From: Thermodesulfobacteriota bacterium
Lineage (GTDB): Bacteria > Desulfobacterota_D > UBA1144 > Nemesobacterales > Mycalebacteriaceae
Reading direction: 5' to 3'
Length of the DNA stretch: 64,000 nucleotides
Assembly: GCA_965226585.1 (NCBI GenBank)
Contig: OZ245366.1
Coordinates: 608,001-672,000, forward strand
Positions within the stretch are counted from its first letter, which is position 1; each line of letters opens with the position of its first letter. Under the pieces are notes generated by a model that saw nothing but the letters and a program-made list of their open reading frames with translations, was not told the DNA's origin and did no database searches. Positions 32,012 through 41,124 of this stretch are shown here, in pieces. A program made the position numbers and the translations under genes.

Positions 32012-33733
32012 TTGCCGAAAACAACAAGCATTCCGTCTCTGCTGAAGAGACATAAACCTCAGCTCATCTTCGGGCTGATTGCCCTTTCGCTTGTTGACCT
32101 TATTCAGATGGGAATCCCGCTTGTCATCAGGCGGGCGATTGACGCCTTTGTGCAAGGCGGACCCGATGCCGGGGCGATTGTGCGGGTTTCCGCCCTCTAC
32201 ATACTCGCGATGGGTCTGGTGATGGCGGTTTTCCGGCTGGGGTGGCGATATTTCATAATGGGCTCGGCGCGCCGGATAGAGCAGAGTCTCAGAAACGAAT
32301 TCTTTTCCCATCTTCAGCGTCTGCCAATATCGCAGGTAATCTCGCGCAAGGTGGGAGACCTTATGGCTCACGCCGTCAACGATATTGAAACGCTTAAATT
32401 CGCGTGCGGACTTGGTGTGCTGGTTGCCTACGACGGTCTGTTTCTTCTGGTTTTTATAATGGCGGCGATGTTCTACATATCGCCCTTTGTGGCGGCGATT
32501 ATGCTCGCGCCGTTTCTGCTGATGCTTGTTTTTATAATCAAAGGCGGAAGGGAGATAGAAAAACGTTTCAGAAAAACGCAGGAGTTTTTCTCCATCCTGA
32601 CCGAAAGCGCGAGAAGACCGGTTCACGGCATAAAGGCGGTGAAGTCTCTCTCAATGGAGGACACGGAAGCCGGAAACTTCAGATCGTCAAGCTCAGACTA
32701 TGCGCAAAGCAACATCCGCCTCGCGAAACTGTGGTCTGTGTATCAGCCCGCCATATCGCTTTGCGTCGGTATTGCGGGCGTGGTGTTTCTTTTCTTCGGC
32801 GGCAGCCGCGCGATAGAGGGCTCAATAACCCTCGGAGATTTTACGGCTCTGCTTGTTTATTTGTCCATGCTTTCCTGGCCCATGATGGCGATGGGCTGGG
32901 CTCAAGATATTTTGCGGCGGGGAAACTCCTCAATAAAACGGCTGAACTCCATTCTGGAGCTGGACACGGAGAGTTCCGAAGGCGGCGCGCCTGAGCCTCC
33001 GCGCGCCCCCGGCGGACTTGAGGTGCGGAGCGTGGGCATCTCGCTTGGCGGCGCGAAGGTGCTTGACGGCTGTTCGCTTGAAGCCGCGCCCGGGCAGACT
33101 GTTTGGGTAACGGGCGGAACCGGCGCGGGCAAAACCACCCTTGCCGCGATAATGGACGGCAGTCTGGAGCCGGATTCGGGTCGCGTTTTCATAGGCGGCG
33201 TTGACACCCGCCTGATGGAGAGCAGACAACTCGGAAGAAGCGTCATCCGTGTTGACCGGGACGCTTTTATATTCAGCGGCACGGTGAGGGAAAACATCAA
33301 CTTTATGAAACCGCGCACCGAGCGCGAAACGATGTCGGCGGCGGAAATATGCGGAATTACGGAAGAGATTGAGGAATTTGAAGGCGGCTTTGAATCGGTT
33401 CTGGGCGAGAGAGGACTCAACATCTCGGAAGGGCAGAAGCAGAGAATAGCGGTTGCCCGCGCCGTTGTGTTTGAGCCGTCCGTTCTGATACTTGACGACT
33501 CGCTCTCATCGGTTGACCTCTCAACGGAAGCAAAAGTGGTTGAAAATCTCCGGCGCTGGGCGGCAAATACGCAGACCGTTCTCATAATCATTTCCAGCCG
33601 CACAAACTCTTCCCGCGCGGCGGACTTCATCACGGTTCTGCACGGCGGAAAGATAGTTGAAAAGGGAACGCACGAAGAACTTGTTTCGCATGACGGCATC
33701 TACGCCGGAATGTACGGGATACAGACGGCATGA
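32012..33733 (+). CDS. ABC exporter, fused TMD-NBD, degenerate-motif subunit of a heterodimer
   Basis: Six-TM-type N-half; Walker A GGTGAGKT, signature ISEGQ, Walker B ILDD; no Q-loop Gln and no H-loop His. Confidence 0.88.
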   Translation: MPKTTSIPSLLKRHKPQLIFGLIALSLVDLIQMGIPLVIRRAIDAFVQGGPDAGAIVRVSALYILAMGLVMAVFRLGWRYFIMGSARRIEQSLRNEFFSHLQRLPISQVISRKVGDLMAHAVNDIETLKFACGLGVLVAYDGLFLLVFIMAAMFYISPFVAAIMLAPFLLMLVFIIKGGREIEKRFRKTQEFFSILTESARRPVHGIKAVKSLSMEDTEAGNFRSSSSDYAQSNIRLAKLWSVYQPAISLCVGIAGVVFLFFGGSRAIEGSITLGDFTALLVYLSMLSWPMMAMGWAQDILRRGNSSIKRLNSILELDTESSEGGAPEPPRAPGGLEVRSVGISLGGAKVLDGCSLEAAPGQTVWVTGGTGAGKTTLAAIMDGSLEPDSGRVFIGGVDTRLMESRQLGRSVIRVDRDAFIFSGTVRENINFMKPRTERETMSAAEICGITEEIEEFEGGFESVLGERGLNISEGQKQRIAVARAVVFEPSVLILDDSLSSVDLSTEAKVVENLRRWAANTQTVLIIISSRTNSSRAADFITVLHGGKIVEKGTHEELVSHDGIYAGMYGIQTA

Positions 33734-35619
33734 ACGGAAGCATGGGTGAAAAAAGCGTGTTCCGCGCAATGCGCGACAGGGAAATGCTGTCGTGGCTGTT
33801 CGGGTTTGTGAGGCGGCGGCTTGTGTTTCTCGGAGCGGCTTTTGTTCTGATGACGCTTACCGCCGCGCTTGAGATTGCGGTTCCCTACATAGCCGCGCAA
33901 GCGGTTGACAGGCACATATCGCTTTTGTGGGCAAAGAGCCCGGAAGGCGGCTTTGTGGAACTTTCGTCTCCCGAACTGGTGAGGCAATACGCCCGCCCGG
34001 ATGCTCCGGCGGAAAGGTATTTCGCCGTCAACCCCTCAGACCCCGAAACCTCTGAAATAGCGCGAAAACACTCCCGCCTGTTTGAGCAGGCAGAAGGCGG
34101 AGAGTTTATATCAGGCGGCAACCTGCTTTCCTTAAAAGACGGCGACATAAAAACCCTCAGGGCGGGTGATGTCAGGGGGGTGTTGCGCCTCGCGATTCTG
34201 ATGGGTGTTTGCGTGGCAGGAATATTCGTGATGTCTTCGCTTTCAAACTATCTGCTTAAGGTTTCGGGAGAGCGGATAATTCACGACATAAGGTCGGGCA
34301 CTTTCAGCCGCGTGATGCTTCTGCCTCAAAAGTTTTTCGACCTGAACTCAACCGGCGTTATCGCGACCCGAGTTACCAACGACTTGAACTCCATAAGCGA
34401 CATGTATTCGTCCGTGCTTGTTCAGACCGTCAAAGACCTGTTTGTTTTCGCGGGAGTTGCCGTTGTTATGTTCCGCCTTGACTACCACCTTGCCCTGATG
34501 ATGGTTGCCATAGTCGCGGCGGCGGCGGTTGTGGCGCATCTTTTCCGCGCCCGCCTGAGGTTTTCGCACCGCAAGATACGGCGGTCAATAGCGAGGCTCA
34601 ACTCTTTTGTGCAGGAAAGCATCAGGGGAATCCGCATCATCAAAGATTACGGCAGGGAAGACGCCAATCTTCACAGATTTGAAAAGACGAACAAGGGGAA
34701 CTTTCTCGCGAATATGGAGCAGTTGTGGGTGTACGTGGTTTTCCGTCCTTTTATGGAATATGCGGCAATCGCGGCGGTGGGGGTGATAATCTGGCACGGA
34801 GGCGTGGGCGTTATAGACGGCAGGTTCACAGCGGGAACGCTTATCGCTTTTCTCTACTACGCGAGAATGATGTTCAGACCCGTCCTTGAGGTGTCTGAAA
34901 AATACAACATACTCCAGTCCGCCATCGCGGCAACGGAAAACCTTTACGACATAAACACGGTTGAGCCCGAACGCGCGGGAGACCTGAAGCCGCCCGCCGT
35001 GAAAGGAGGCGAGATTGAGTTTCACAACGTCTGGTTTTCCTACGGGGGCGGCAAGTGGGCTCTTAAAGATGTTTCCTTCAAAGTTCCCGCGGGCAAATGG
35101 GTGGCGATAGTCGGGCTTACGGGGTCGGGCAAATCAACCATATTCAACCTGATATTCCGCCTGTATGAACCGCAGAGGGGCAAAATAACTTTTGACGGCG
35201 AAGACATTGCGGACATTGACCTGAAGTGGCTCAGAAACCGCATCGCGCCGGTGTTTCAGGAGAGAAAGGAGTATGAGAAAAAAGATGGTTCCTCTTCGCG
35301 CTTTCTGTCATCCGGGCAAGAGCAGGTGCGCAATATTGAGGAGGTTCTGTCCAAAGACCCCTCGGTGGTGATTATGGATGAGGCAACATCCAACATGGAC
35401 GCGAAAACGGAGGTCGAGACGGTTGCCGAGGTGAGGGAAAACGCGCGGCGCAGGGGCTTCACCCTGATAACAATAGCGCACCGGCTTTCAAGCGTCAGAG
35501 AGGCGGACTCCATTATCGTTGTCAACAAGGGTGTTATAGCGGAATCGGGAACGCACTCCGAACTTGACGGGGCGCGCGGCGTTTACCATTCGCTCAGGCG
35601 TTTCGCGCGCGGCGCGTGA
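33730..35619 (+). CDS. ABC exporter, fused TMD-NBD, second subunit, with shortened NBD
   Basis: Walker A GLTGSGKS, Q-loop FQ, LSSGQ, Walker B IMDE, AHRLS; ATGA overlap with the first subunit. Confidence 0.88.
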   Translation: MNGSMGEKSVFRAMRDREMLSWLFGFVRRRLVFLGAAFVLMTLTAALEIAVPYIAAQAVDRHISLLWAKSPEGGFVELSSPELVRQYARPDAPAERYFAVNPSDPETSEIARKHSRLFEQAEGGEFISGGNLLSLKDGDIKTLRAGDVRGVLRLAILMGVCVAGIFVMSSLSNYLLKVSGERIIHDIRSGTFSRVMLLPQKFFDLNSTGVIATRVTNDLNSISDMYSSVLVQTVKDLFVFAGVAVVMFRLDYHLALMMVAIVAAAAVVAHLFRARLRFSHRKIRRSIARLNSFVQESIRGIRIIKDYGREDANLHRFEKTNKGNFLANMEQLWVYVVFRPFMEYAAIAAVGVIIWHGGVGVIDGRFTAGTLIAFLYYARMMFRPVLEVSEKYNILQSAIAATENLYDINTVEPERAGDLKPPAVKGGEIEFHNVWFSYGGGKWALKDVSFKVPAGKWVAIVGLTGSGKSTIFNLIFRLYEPQRGKITFDGEDIADIDLKWLRNRIAPVFQERKEYEKKDGSSSRFLSSGQEQVRNIEEVLSKDPSVVIMDEATSNMDAKTEVETVAEVRENARRRGFTLITIAHRLSSVREADSIIVVNKGVIAESGTHSELDGARGVYHSLRRFARGA

Positions 35620-35625
35620 TTTGTT

Positions 35626-36402
35626 TCAAAGAACGCCGAAAAGTTTCAGCCCCGAAAGCACAAGGGCGGCGACAATAAAATACCGCACTATTCCCGCGCC
35701 TTTTTTGACGGACATCTTCGCCCCCCACCATCCCCCGAGCGCGGAACCGGCGGCGAGGTTGAGACCCTTGAATATGTCAACATTTCCGAAAAAGAAGAAT
35801 ATGCACAAGGCGGGAGCCGTGTAGATCATCACGATAAAAACCTTCCGCGCGTTGACCGAAGCGATGCTTCCCCCGGCGAGATGAAAGAGAATCGCCATTA
35901 TCACGATGCCGATTCCCACCTGTATAAACCCTCCGTAAAATCCGGTCGCCGCAAGACCGAGGTAGAGAAGCCACCTTCTTTCCTTTTTGATGCTTTCCGC
36001 CCTCGCCGCGAGAGACGGAAGAAACATGGAAACCGCGATAACGATAATCAGCACAGCCGTGATTTGTTTGAACAGAAGGTCGTCAATGGTTACGGCCGTG
36101 AGAACACCGCACACCATTCCGGGCAGGGTGAAGAGAGAGTATTTAAGCGATTCACGCATATCCGCGCCCGTGTTTTCCGAGGAGAATGACGCGGACGCCG
36201 AGATGTTCTGAATCAGAATGGAGAGCCGGTTTGTTCCGTTCGCTTCCGCGCCGTCCAGCCCTGAAAATATAAGCGCGGGCAGAGTGAGAGCGGAGCCGCT
36301 TCCCGCCATAACGTTGATAACTCCCGCCGCAATGCCAACCAGAAAAAGAAGCGCGGGCGCGACAAACGGCGCGTAGGTTCCCGCAGACAGAATCTCCGTC
36401 AT
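35626..36402 (-). CDS. TauE/SafE (TSUP) family membrane transporter
   Basis: AGVINVMAGSG, ANGTN, GFYGGFIQVGIG; multiple TM segments. Confidence 0.88.
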   Translation of the reverse strand: MTEILSAGTYAPFVAPALLFLVGIAAGVINVMAGSGSALTLPALIFSGLDGAEANGTNRLSILIQNISASASFSSENTGADMRESLKYSLFTLPGMVCGVLTAVTIDDLLFKQITAVLIIVIAVSMFLPSLAARAESIKKERRWLLYLGLAATGFYGGFIQVGIGIVIMAILFHLAGGSIASVNARKVFIVMIYTAPALCIFFFFGNVDIFKGLNLAAGSALGGWWGAKMSVKKGAGIVRYFIVAALVLSGLKLFGVL

Positions 36403-37130
36403 TGCGCTGCTCTCAAGTGCTCAACGCCTTCGGGTTTTGAAACCATTAAGTCCGTTGTTGTTGTGAGAAAAAGTCCGTGCTCAACAATTCCCGCTCTCCA
36501 CACAAGGGATTCCGCGATAATTTTCAGGTCGTATATGGGACCGAAGTTGCAGTCAATGATGTAGTTTTTCCCGTCTGTTTTGAATATCCCGCCGTCCTCA
36601 TCCCGTCTCAAATCCATTGAGGCGGCGCCGAGCGAAAGCACGAACCTCTGCACGGGTCTGACGGCGAACGGGACAACCTCAACCGGAAGGCGGCATCGAG
36701 TTCCCAGCTTTTCAGACACCTTGTTTTTGTCAACAACCACGATATTTCTCAAACTTTCCTGCGCCACTATTTTCTCTCTCAGCAGCGCACCGCCTCCCCC
36801 CTTTATAACGTTGAAGTTGCGGTCAACCTCATCCGCGCCGTCTATTGTTATGTCTATCGCGGAGTCACGCGAGAACTGCGCCAGTTTGAGTCCGAGCGAT
36901 TTCGCGTGCGCCGCGGTCGCTATGGAACTTGGTATGAAGGTTACGTTCTGAATCTGCCCCGCGCGCACACGCGAGGCGAGGTCGTCAATTGCGAAGGTGG
37001 CGGCTCTTCCGGTTCCCAGCCCGACAACCATTCCGGACGACACAAAATCCGCCGCCATTGAAGCGGCTTTCCGGACTCCGTTCATCTCGGGGCTCTGCTG
37101 TCCTTTGCGGGGGGTCGCCATTGGTATCAT
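36399..37130 (-). CDS. rpiA: Ribose-5-phosphate isomerase A
   Basis: GLGTG, IDGADEVD, IKGGGGALLREKIVA, PVEV, GIVEHGLF. Start uncertain (37130, 37121 or 37085). Confidence 0.95.
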   Translation of the reverse strand: MIPMATPRKGQQSPEMNGVRKAASMAADFVSSGMVVGLGTGRAATFAIDDLASRVRAGQIQNVTFIPSSIATAAHAKSLGLKLAQFSRDSAIDITIDGADEVDRNFNVIKGGGGALLREKIVAQESLRNIVVVDKNKVSEKLGTRCRLPVEVVPFAVRPVQRFVLSLGAASMDLRRDEDGGIFKTDGKNYIIDCNFGPIYDLKIIAESLVWRAGIVEHGLFLTTTTDLMVSKPEGVEHLRAAQ

Positions 37131-37201
37131 CCGCCGCCGTAATAATACTCTAAAATTTCTCAAAGTCGGCAAAAACCTCCGGGCAATTTCCGCCCGCTTT
37201 T

Positions 37202-38929
37202 TTATGAAGCGTCTATGCCGAGCAGTTTCGATGCCTTCGCGATAGCGTCCGCCGCCCCAGCGGGCGATGTTATCTGAACAACCTTTCTTCCCGCATTTTC
37301 AAGGGCTTCCCTGTCGCCAAGCATCTGGGCATTTTTGAGAATTTCAAAAGACGCGCCGCTGTGCGGGGAGGCGGGAATCGCGACATCTTTCGCGCACGCG
37401 CCGCCTATCTGAATGAAAAACCCCTTGCCGCCGTCTCCCTTGTGTATCTGTCCCGAAGAGTGGAGATACGCGGGGCCGATATCCGCCGTAACCGTAACGC
37501 CGAAGGTTTGTGAAAGGGCGGCGCGAAATTTCTCCATCGCGAGGCGGTTTTTTTCATCCGCGCCGTCAAAAAATGCCTGAACGCAGAAGTATCCGTCCTC
37601 TCTTTTTTCTGCGGCGTTTTTCTCAAAATACGGACGAAAGCCGTCTGCGTCCGTCAGCTTTTCAGTCGCGCTGAATTCTGCTCCGCCGTCTGTGAAGTCC
37701 GGGGCGGGAAACGGCAGAGAGCCTTCCCGCGAGTGGATTTCCATAAACCTTCTCGCCTGCGCTTTGGCGTTTTCAACATCGGGCTGGTCAAACGGATTGA
37801 CTCCCCACATCGCCCCCGCAATCGCGACCGCCGTTTCCCAGCGGAATATTTCGCCCCCGAGCCCTTGCTTGCCATCCACAACCGTTATCACAACCGGAAC
37901 CCCCGAATCCGCAGTTTCTTTTGCCCGCGCAAAAGTTTCCTCATCGTTTTTCAGACAGACAAAAAACGCGCCGCCGAACTTTTCCCTTCCGCCCTCAGGA
38001 AGCGGGTGGGCAACCGGCAGAACAGCCGCGCCGTCTTTTCCCAGGCTCTCTCCGACTATCTGCTCAACAAATCTGTCAAATCCCGCTATCCCGTCCGAAC
38101 AGCGCACGTAGAACTTTCCGTTTCCCCTTTTGCAGAAAAGGTCAACCGCCACGGCGAGCCGCAGGGCTGTGTTGCAGTTCGCGCCTCCGGTTTCCGTTCC
38201 CTTCACCCGCGCAGACATATTTCTCGCGCTTGAAAGTATCGCGCCAATATCCGCCCCGATTGCGGCTGAGGGAACCATTCCGAAAACGGAAAGGGGGGAA
38301 AACCGCCCGCCGACCGTTTCGTCTCCCTCAAAAATCGCGCCGAAACCTCTTTCCCTCGCGCTTTCAAAAAGCGGCGTGCCGGGGTCGGTTATGGCGGCAA
38401 ACCTTTCCGCCGCCCTCTGTTCTCCAATCGCTTTTGAGCACTCGTCAAAAAAGAAATTTGCCACCGAATCCGTCTCAACGGTTTTTCCCGATTTTGATGA
38501 AGCGATAAAAAAAGTTTTTTCAAAATCAGTTTTCTCAAGAGAGCCGGCAATGGTGTCTGAGACCGTTGTGTCGAGCACCTCAAGGCGCGGCGATTTTTCC
38601 GATAAGAACGCGCCGCCGAAAACCTTTGACATAAGCGCGGAGCCGCCCATCGCGGCAAGCGTTACCCGTGTTGCCCCCGCTTCCCTCACGCGCCGGGAGA
38701 ACCGCTCAATCTCCGGCAGTTTCCGCGCGGTGTTTTCGGGAAGGTCAAGCCATCCGAGACGGTTTTTTATAAGTTCCTGCGAGCCCTTCCACACCGAACT
38801 GTCGCGCCGCCACAGGGCGGCGGCGATTTTTCCGGGCACGGGGTTTTTTAGCGATTTTTCAAGGTCGTCCGCGGCGGCGGCGGGGATTTCAATATAGTCC
38901 GGCGGAAGCAAGGAGGTTTTTCCCGTCAT
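37202..38929 (-). CDS. pgi: Glucose-6-phosphate isomerase of the Tal-Pgi fusion type (Pgi part only)
   Basis: NRLGWL, MGGS, SSKSGKTVET, AITDPG, GGRFS, EQIVGESLGK, NPFDQPDVE, HSSGQIHKG. Confidence 0.85.
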   Translation of the reverse strand: MTGKTSLLPPDYIEIPAAAADDLEKSLKNPVPGKIAAALWRRDSSVWKGSQELIKNRLGWLDLPENTARKLPEIERFSRRVREAGATRVTLAAMGGSALMSKVFGGAFLSEKSPRLEVLDTTVSDTIAGSLEKTDFEKTFFIASSKSGKTVETDSVANFFFDECSKAIGEQRAAERFAAITDPGTPLFESARERGFGAIFEGDETVGGRFSPLSVFGMVPSAAIGADIGAILSSARNMSARVKGTETGGANCNTALRLAVAVDLFCKRGNGKFYVRCSDGIAGFDRFVEQIVGESLGKDGAAVLPVAHPLPEGGREKFGGAFFVCLKNDEETFARAKETADSGVPVVITVVDGKQGLGGEIFRWETAVAIAGAMWGVNPFDQPDVENAKAQARRFMEIHSREGSLPFPAPDFTDGGAEFSATEKLTDADGFRPYFEKNAAEKREDGYFCVQAFFDGADEKNRLAMEKFRAALSQTFGVTVTADIGPAYLHSSGQIHKGDGGKGFFIQIGGACAKDVAIPASPHSGASFEILKNAQMLGDREALENAGRKVVQITSPAGAADAIAKASKLLGIDAS

Positions 38930-40920
38930 TTTTTCCCCGTAAGTTTTTTCGCGATTGAAAAAATGTTTTCACTCTCAAACCCGAACTCCTTCATCACATC
39001 GCCCGAAGGAGCGGACTCACCGAAACTGTCAATTCCCAGAGAGAAGGTTTTTTCTCCCGCGCCCGTGTGTCTTTCCCATCCGAGAGTTGACGCCGCTTCA
39101 ACGGACAGCCGCGTTTTGACGCCCGGAGGCAGAACGCTGTCTTTGTATTCCCGCGGCTGTCTGTCAAAAATCTCCCAGCTTGGCATGCTCACCACCCGTG
39201 AGTTGACGCCCGCCTTGAGAAGCATCTTGTGCGCTTCCACGCACGGGGCGACCTCAGAGCCGGTCGCGATGATTATAATGTCCGGAGAGTTTTGAGAGTC
39301 TGCGGTGATATACGCTCCCTTTTCCGCTCCTCCGTTTCCGTCTTCCGGGGGTTCAAGTGTTTCAACATTCTGGCGCGTGAGAAGAAGCGCGGCGGGTCTG
39401 CGGGATTCAACCATAACGCGCCACAACGCGCTCAGCTCGTTTCCGTCTGCGGGCCTTATCACATCCAGACCGGGCACCGCCCTGAGAGCGGCGATATGCT
39501 CAACGGGCTGATGCGTGGGACCGTCTTCACCGACACCGATGCTGTCGTGCGAAAACACGTAGACAACCGGCTGTTTCATAAGAGCCGAAAGCCGCAGGGC
39601 GGGTTTCAAGTAGTCGGAAAAAACGAAGTAGCAAGATGCGTAGGGCCTGAGTCCGCTGAGGGCGAGCCCGTTACAGAAAGCCGCCATTGAGTGCTCGCGC
39701 ACGCCGAAGTGAAAGTTTCTTCCGCTTCTGTCATCCGCGCTGAAATATCCGGCGTTTTTGACATTGGTTTTTGTGGAGTCCGAAACATCCGCCGAGCCGC
39801 CCGCGAACCAGGGGATTTTTCCGCTTATCTCCTCCATTATTTTGCCGTTGCATGACCTTGTCGCGGATGAGGTTCCGGGCTCAAAAACCGGCAGGCCGTC
39901 CGCCCAGCCCCCGGGAGCAGACCCTTCGCAGATTGAACGAAACTCCGCCGCCGCGCCGGGATACTCCGCGGAATATTTTTCAAACATCTCCGTCCACTGT
40001 TTTTCAGCGTTCTTTCCTTTTTCAATCACACTCTTGCGGTACGCCTCAACCTCAGGCGGCGTGTGAAACTCCTCATCCGCCGCCCCGTACGATTTTTTTG
40101 CGAGAGACACTTCGTCTTTTCCAAGCGGAGCCCCGTGCGCCGCCGGGCTGTCTTCTTTGCCGGGGCTTCCGAAACCGATTTTGCTTTTGACATTTACAAG
40201 GGAAGGCCGCTTGCTTGCCGCCGCGCTCTTGTAGGCGTTTCTCAGGCTTTCAATGTTGTTCGCGTCTTCCACGCTGAACACTTCCCATCCGTAGGCGGCA
40301 AACCTTTCCGGCACGTTTTCAGAAAAAGAAATTCCGGTTCTGCCGTCAATCGTTATGCCGTTGTCGTCATATATCCACACGAGGTTGTCAAGGTTCAAGT
40401 GCGCCGCCAGAGACGCCGCTTCGGAGGTGATTCCCTCCATCATATCCCCGTCGCTCAGGATGGCGAAAACGTTGTAGCCCGCCACGGGAAATCCCGGTTT
40501 GTCAAAGCGGTTTGAAAGCCATTTGCCCGCCGCCGCCATTCCCGCCGAAGTTGCCGCGCCCTGTCCGAGAGGTCCCGTTGTTGTCTCAATGCCGGCGATA
40601 AGTCCGTGTTCGGGATGACCGGCGCATTTTCCGCCCAGTTGTCTGAAGTTTTTTATGTCTTCAATGGAAACCTCGTATCCCGATATGTGGAGAATGGAAT
40701 AGAGAAGCATGGACGCATGCCCGGCGGAAAGCACAAAGCGGTCGCGCGCCTGCCACGACGGGTTGAGAGGGTTGTGTCTGATAAAACTGTCCCACAGTTC
40801 AAAGGCGACCGGAGCCAGAGCCATGGGTGTTCCGGGATGCCCGGACTGTGCCTTTTCCACGGCATCCATGGAGAGGGTTCTTATGCAGTTGACTATTTTT
40901 TCCGCGATTTTTGTTTCCAT
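38926..40920 (-). CDS. tkt: Transketolase
   Basis: SGHPG, TTGPLGQG, DGDMMEG, FGVREH, HDSIGVGEDGPTHQPVE. Confidence 0.98.
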   Translation of the reverse strand: METKIAEKIVNCIRTLSMDAVEKAQSGHPGTPMALAPVAFELWDSFIRHNPLNPSWQARDRFVLSAGHASMLLYSILHISGYEVSIEDIKNFRQLGGKCAGHPEHGLIAGIETTTGPLGQGAATSAGMAAAGKWLSNRFDKPGFPVAGYNVFAILSDGDMMEGITSEAASLAAHLNLDNLVWIYDDNGITIDGRTGISFSENVPERFAAYGWEVFSVEDANNIESLRNAYKSAAASKRPSLVNVKSKIGFGSPGKEDSPAAHGAPLGKDEVSLAKKSYGAADEEFHTPPEVEAYRKSVIEKGKNAEKQWTEMFEKYSAEYPGAAAEFRSICEGSAPGGWADGLPVFEPGTSSATRSCNGKIMEEISGKIPWFAGGSADVSDSTKTNVKNAGYFSADDRSGRNFHFGVREHSMAAFCNGLALSGLRPYASCYFVFSDYLKPALRLSALMKQPVVYVFSHDSIGVGEDGPTHQPVEHIAALRAVPGLDVIRPADGNELSALWRVMVESRRPAALLLTRQNVETLEPPEDGNGGAEKGAYITADSQNSPDIIIIATGSEVAPCVEAHKMLLKAGVNSRVVSMPSWEIFDRQPREYKDSVLPPGVKTRLSVEAASTLGWERHTGAGEKTFSLGIDSFGESAPSGDVMKEFGFESENIFSIAKKLTGKK

Positions 40921-40946
40921 TCCGGTTTCCGGTTGTCAGACTCCGA

Positions 40947-40974
40947 AGCATATACCAAATCATATTTTTCCCAA
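40947..40974 (-). promoter_or_regulatory. Putative tkt operon promoter (TTGGGA-N16-TATGCT)
   Basis: Hexamers in the AT-rich divergent intergenic region. Confidence 0.4.
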
Positions 40975-40998
40975 AAAAAGAAAATTTTTTTTGCCCCC

Positions 40999-41026
40999 TT
41001 CACTATTCCGCAAATCAGTTTATAAT
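40999..41026 (+). promoter_or_regulatory. Putative promoter of the two-gene module (TTCACT-N16-TATAAT)
   Basis: Perfect -10, AT-rich tract upstream, GGAGG SD at 41111-41115. Confidence 0.55.
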
Positions 41027-41124
41027 GAGGCCACTGGGCAGAACGCCCGGCGCGTCATAAAGCAAGGTTTCTAATCCGTGTTTTTGAATGTCAGCAGCAA
41101 TTATTATGTTGGAGGTGTGTTGGA

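Noticed and set aside
41027..41110. Leader of the two-gene module as a c-di-GMP-I riboswitch (AAAGC...TCTAA...ATGTCAGC)
   Set aside because: Lacks the GGCAAA-stem-GAAA-stem-GACGCAAA first hairpin; the resemblance is only partial. An Infernal search would settle it.
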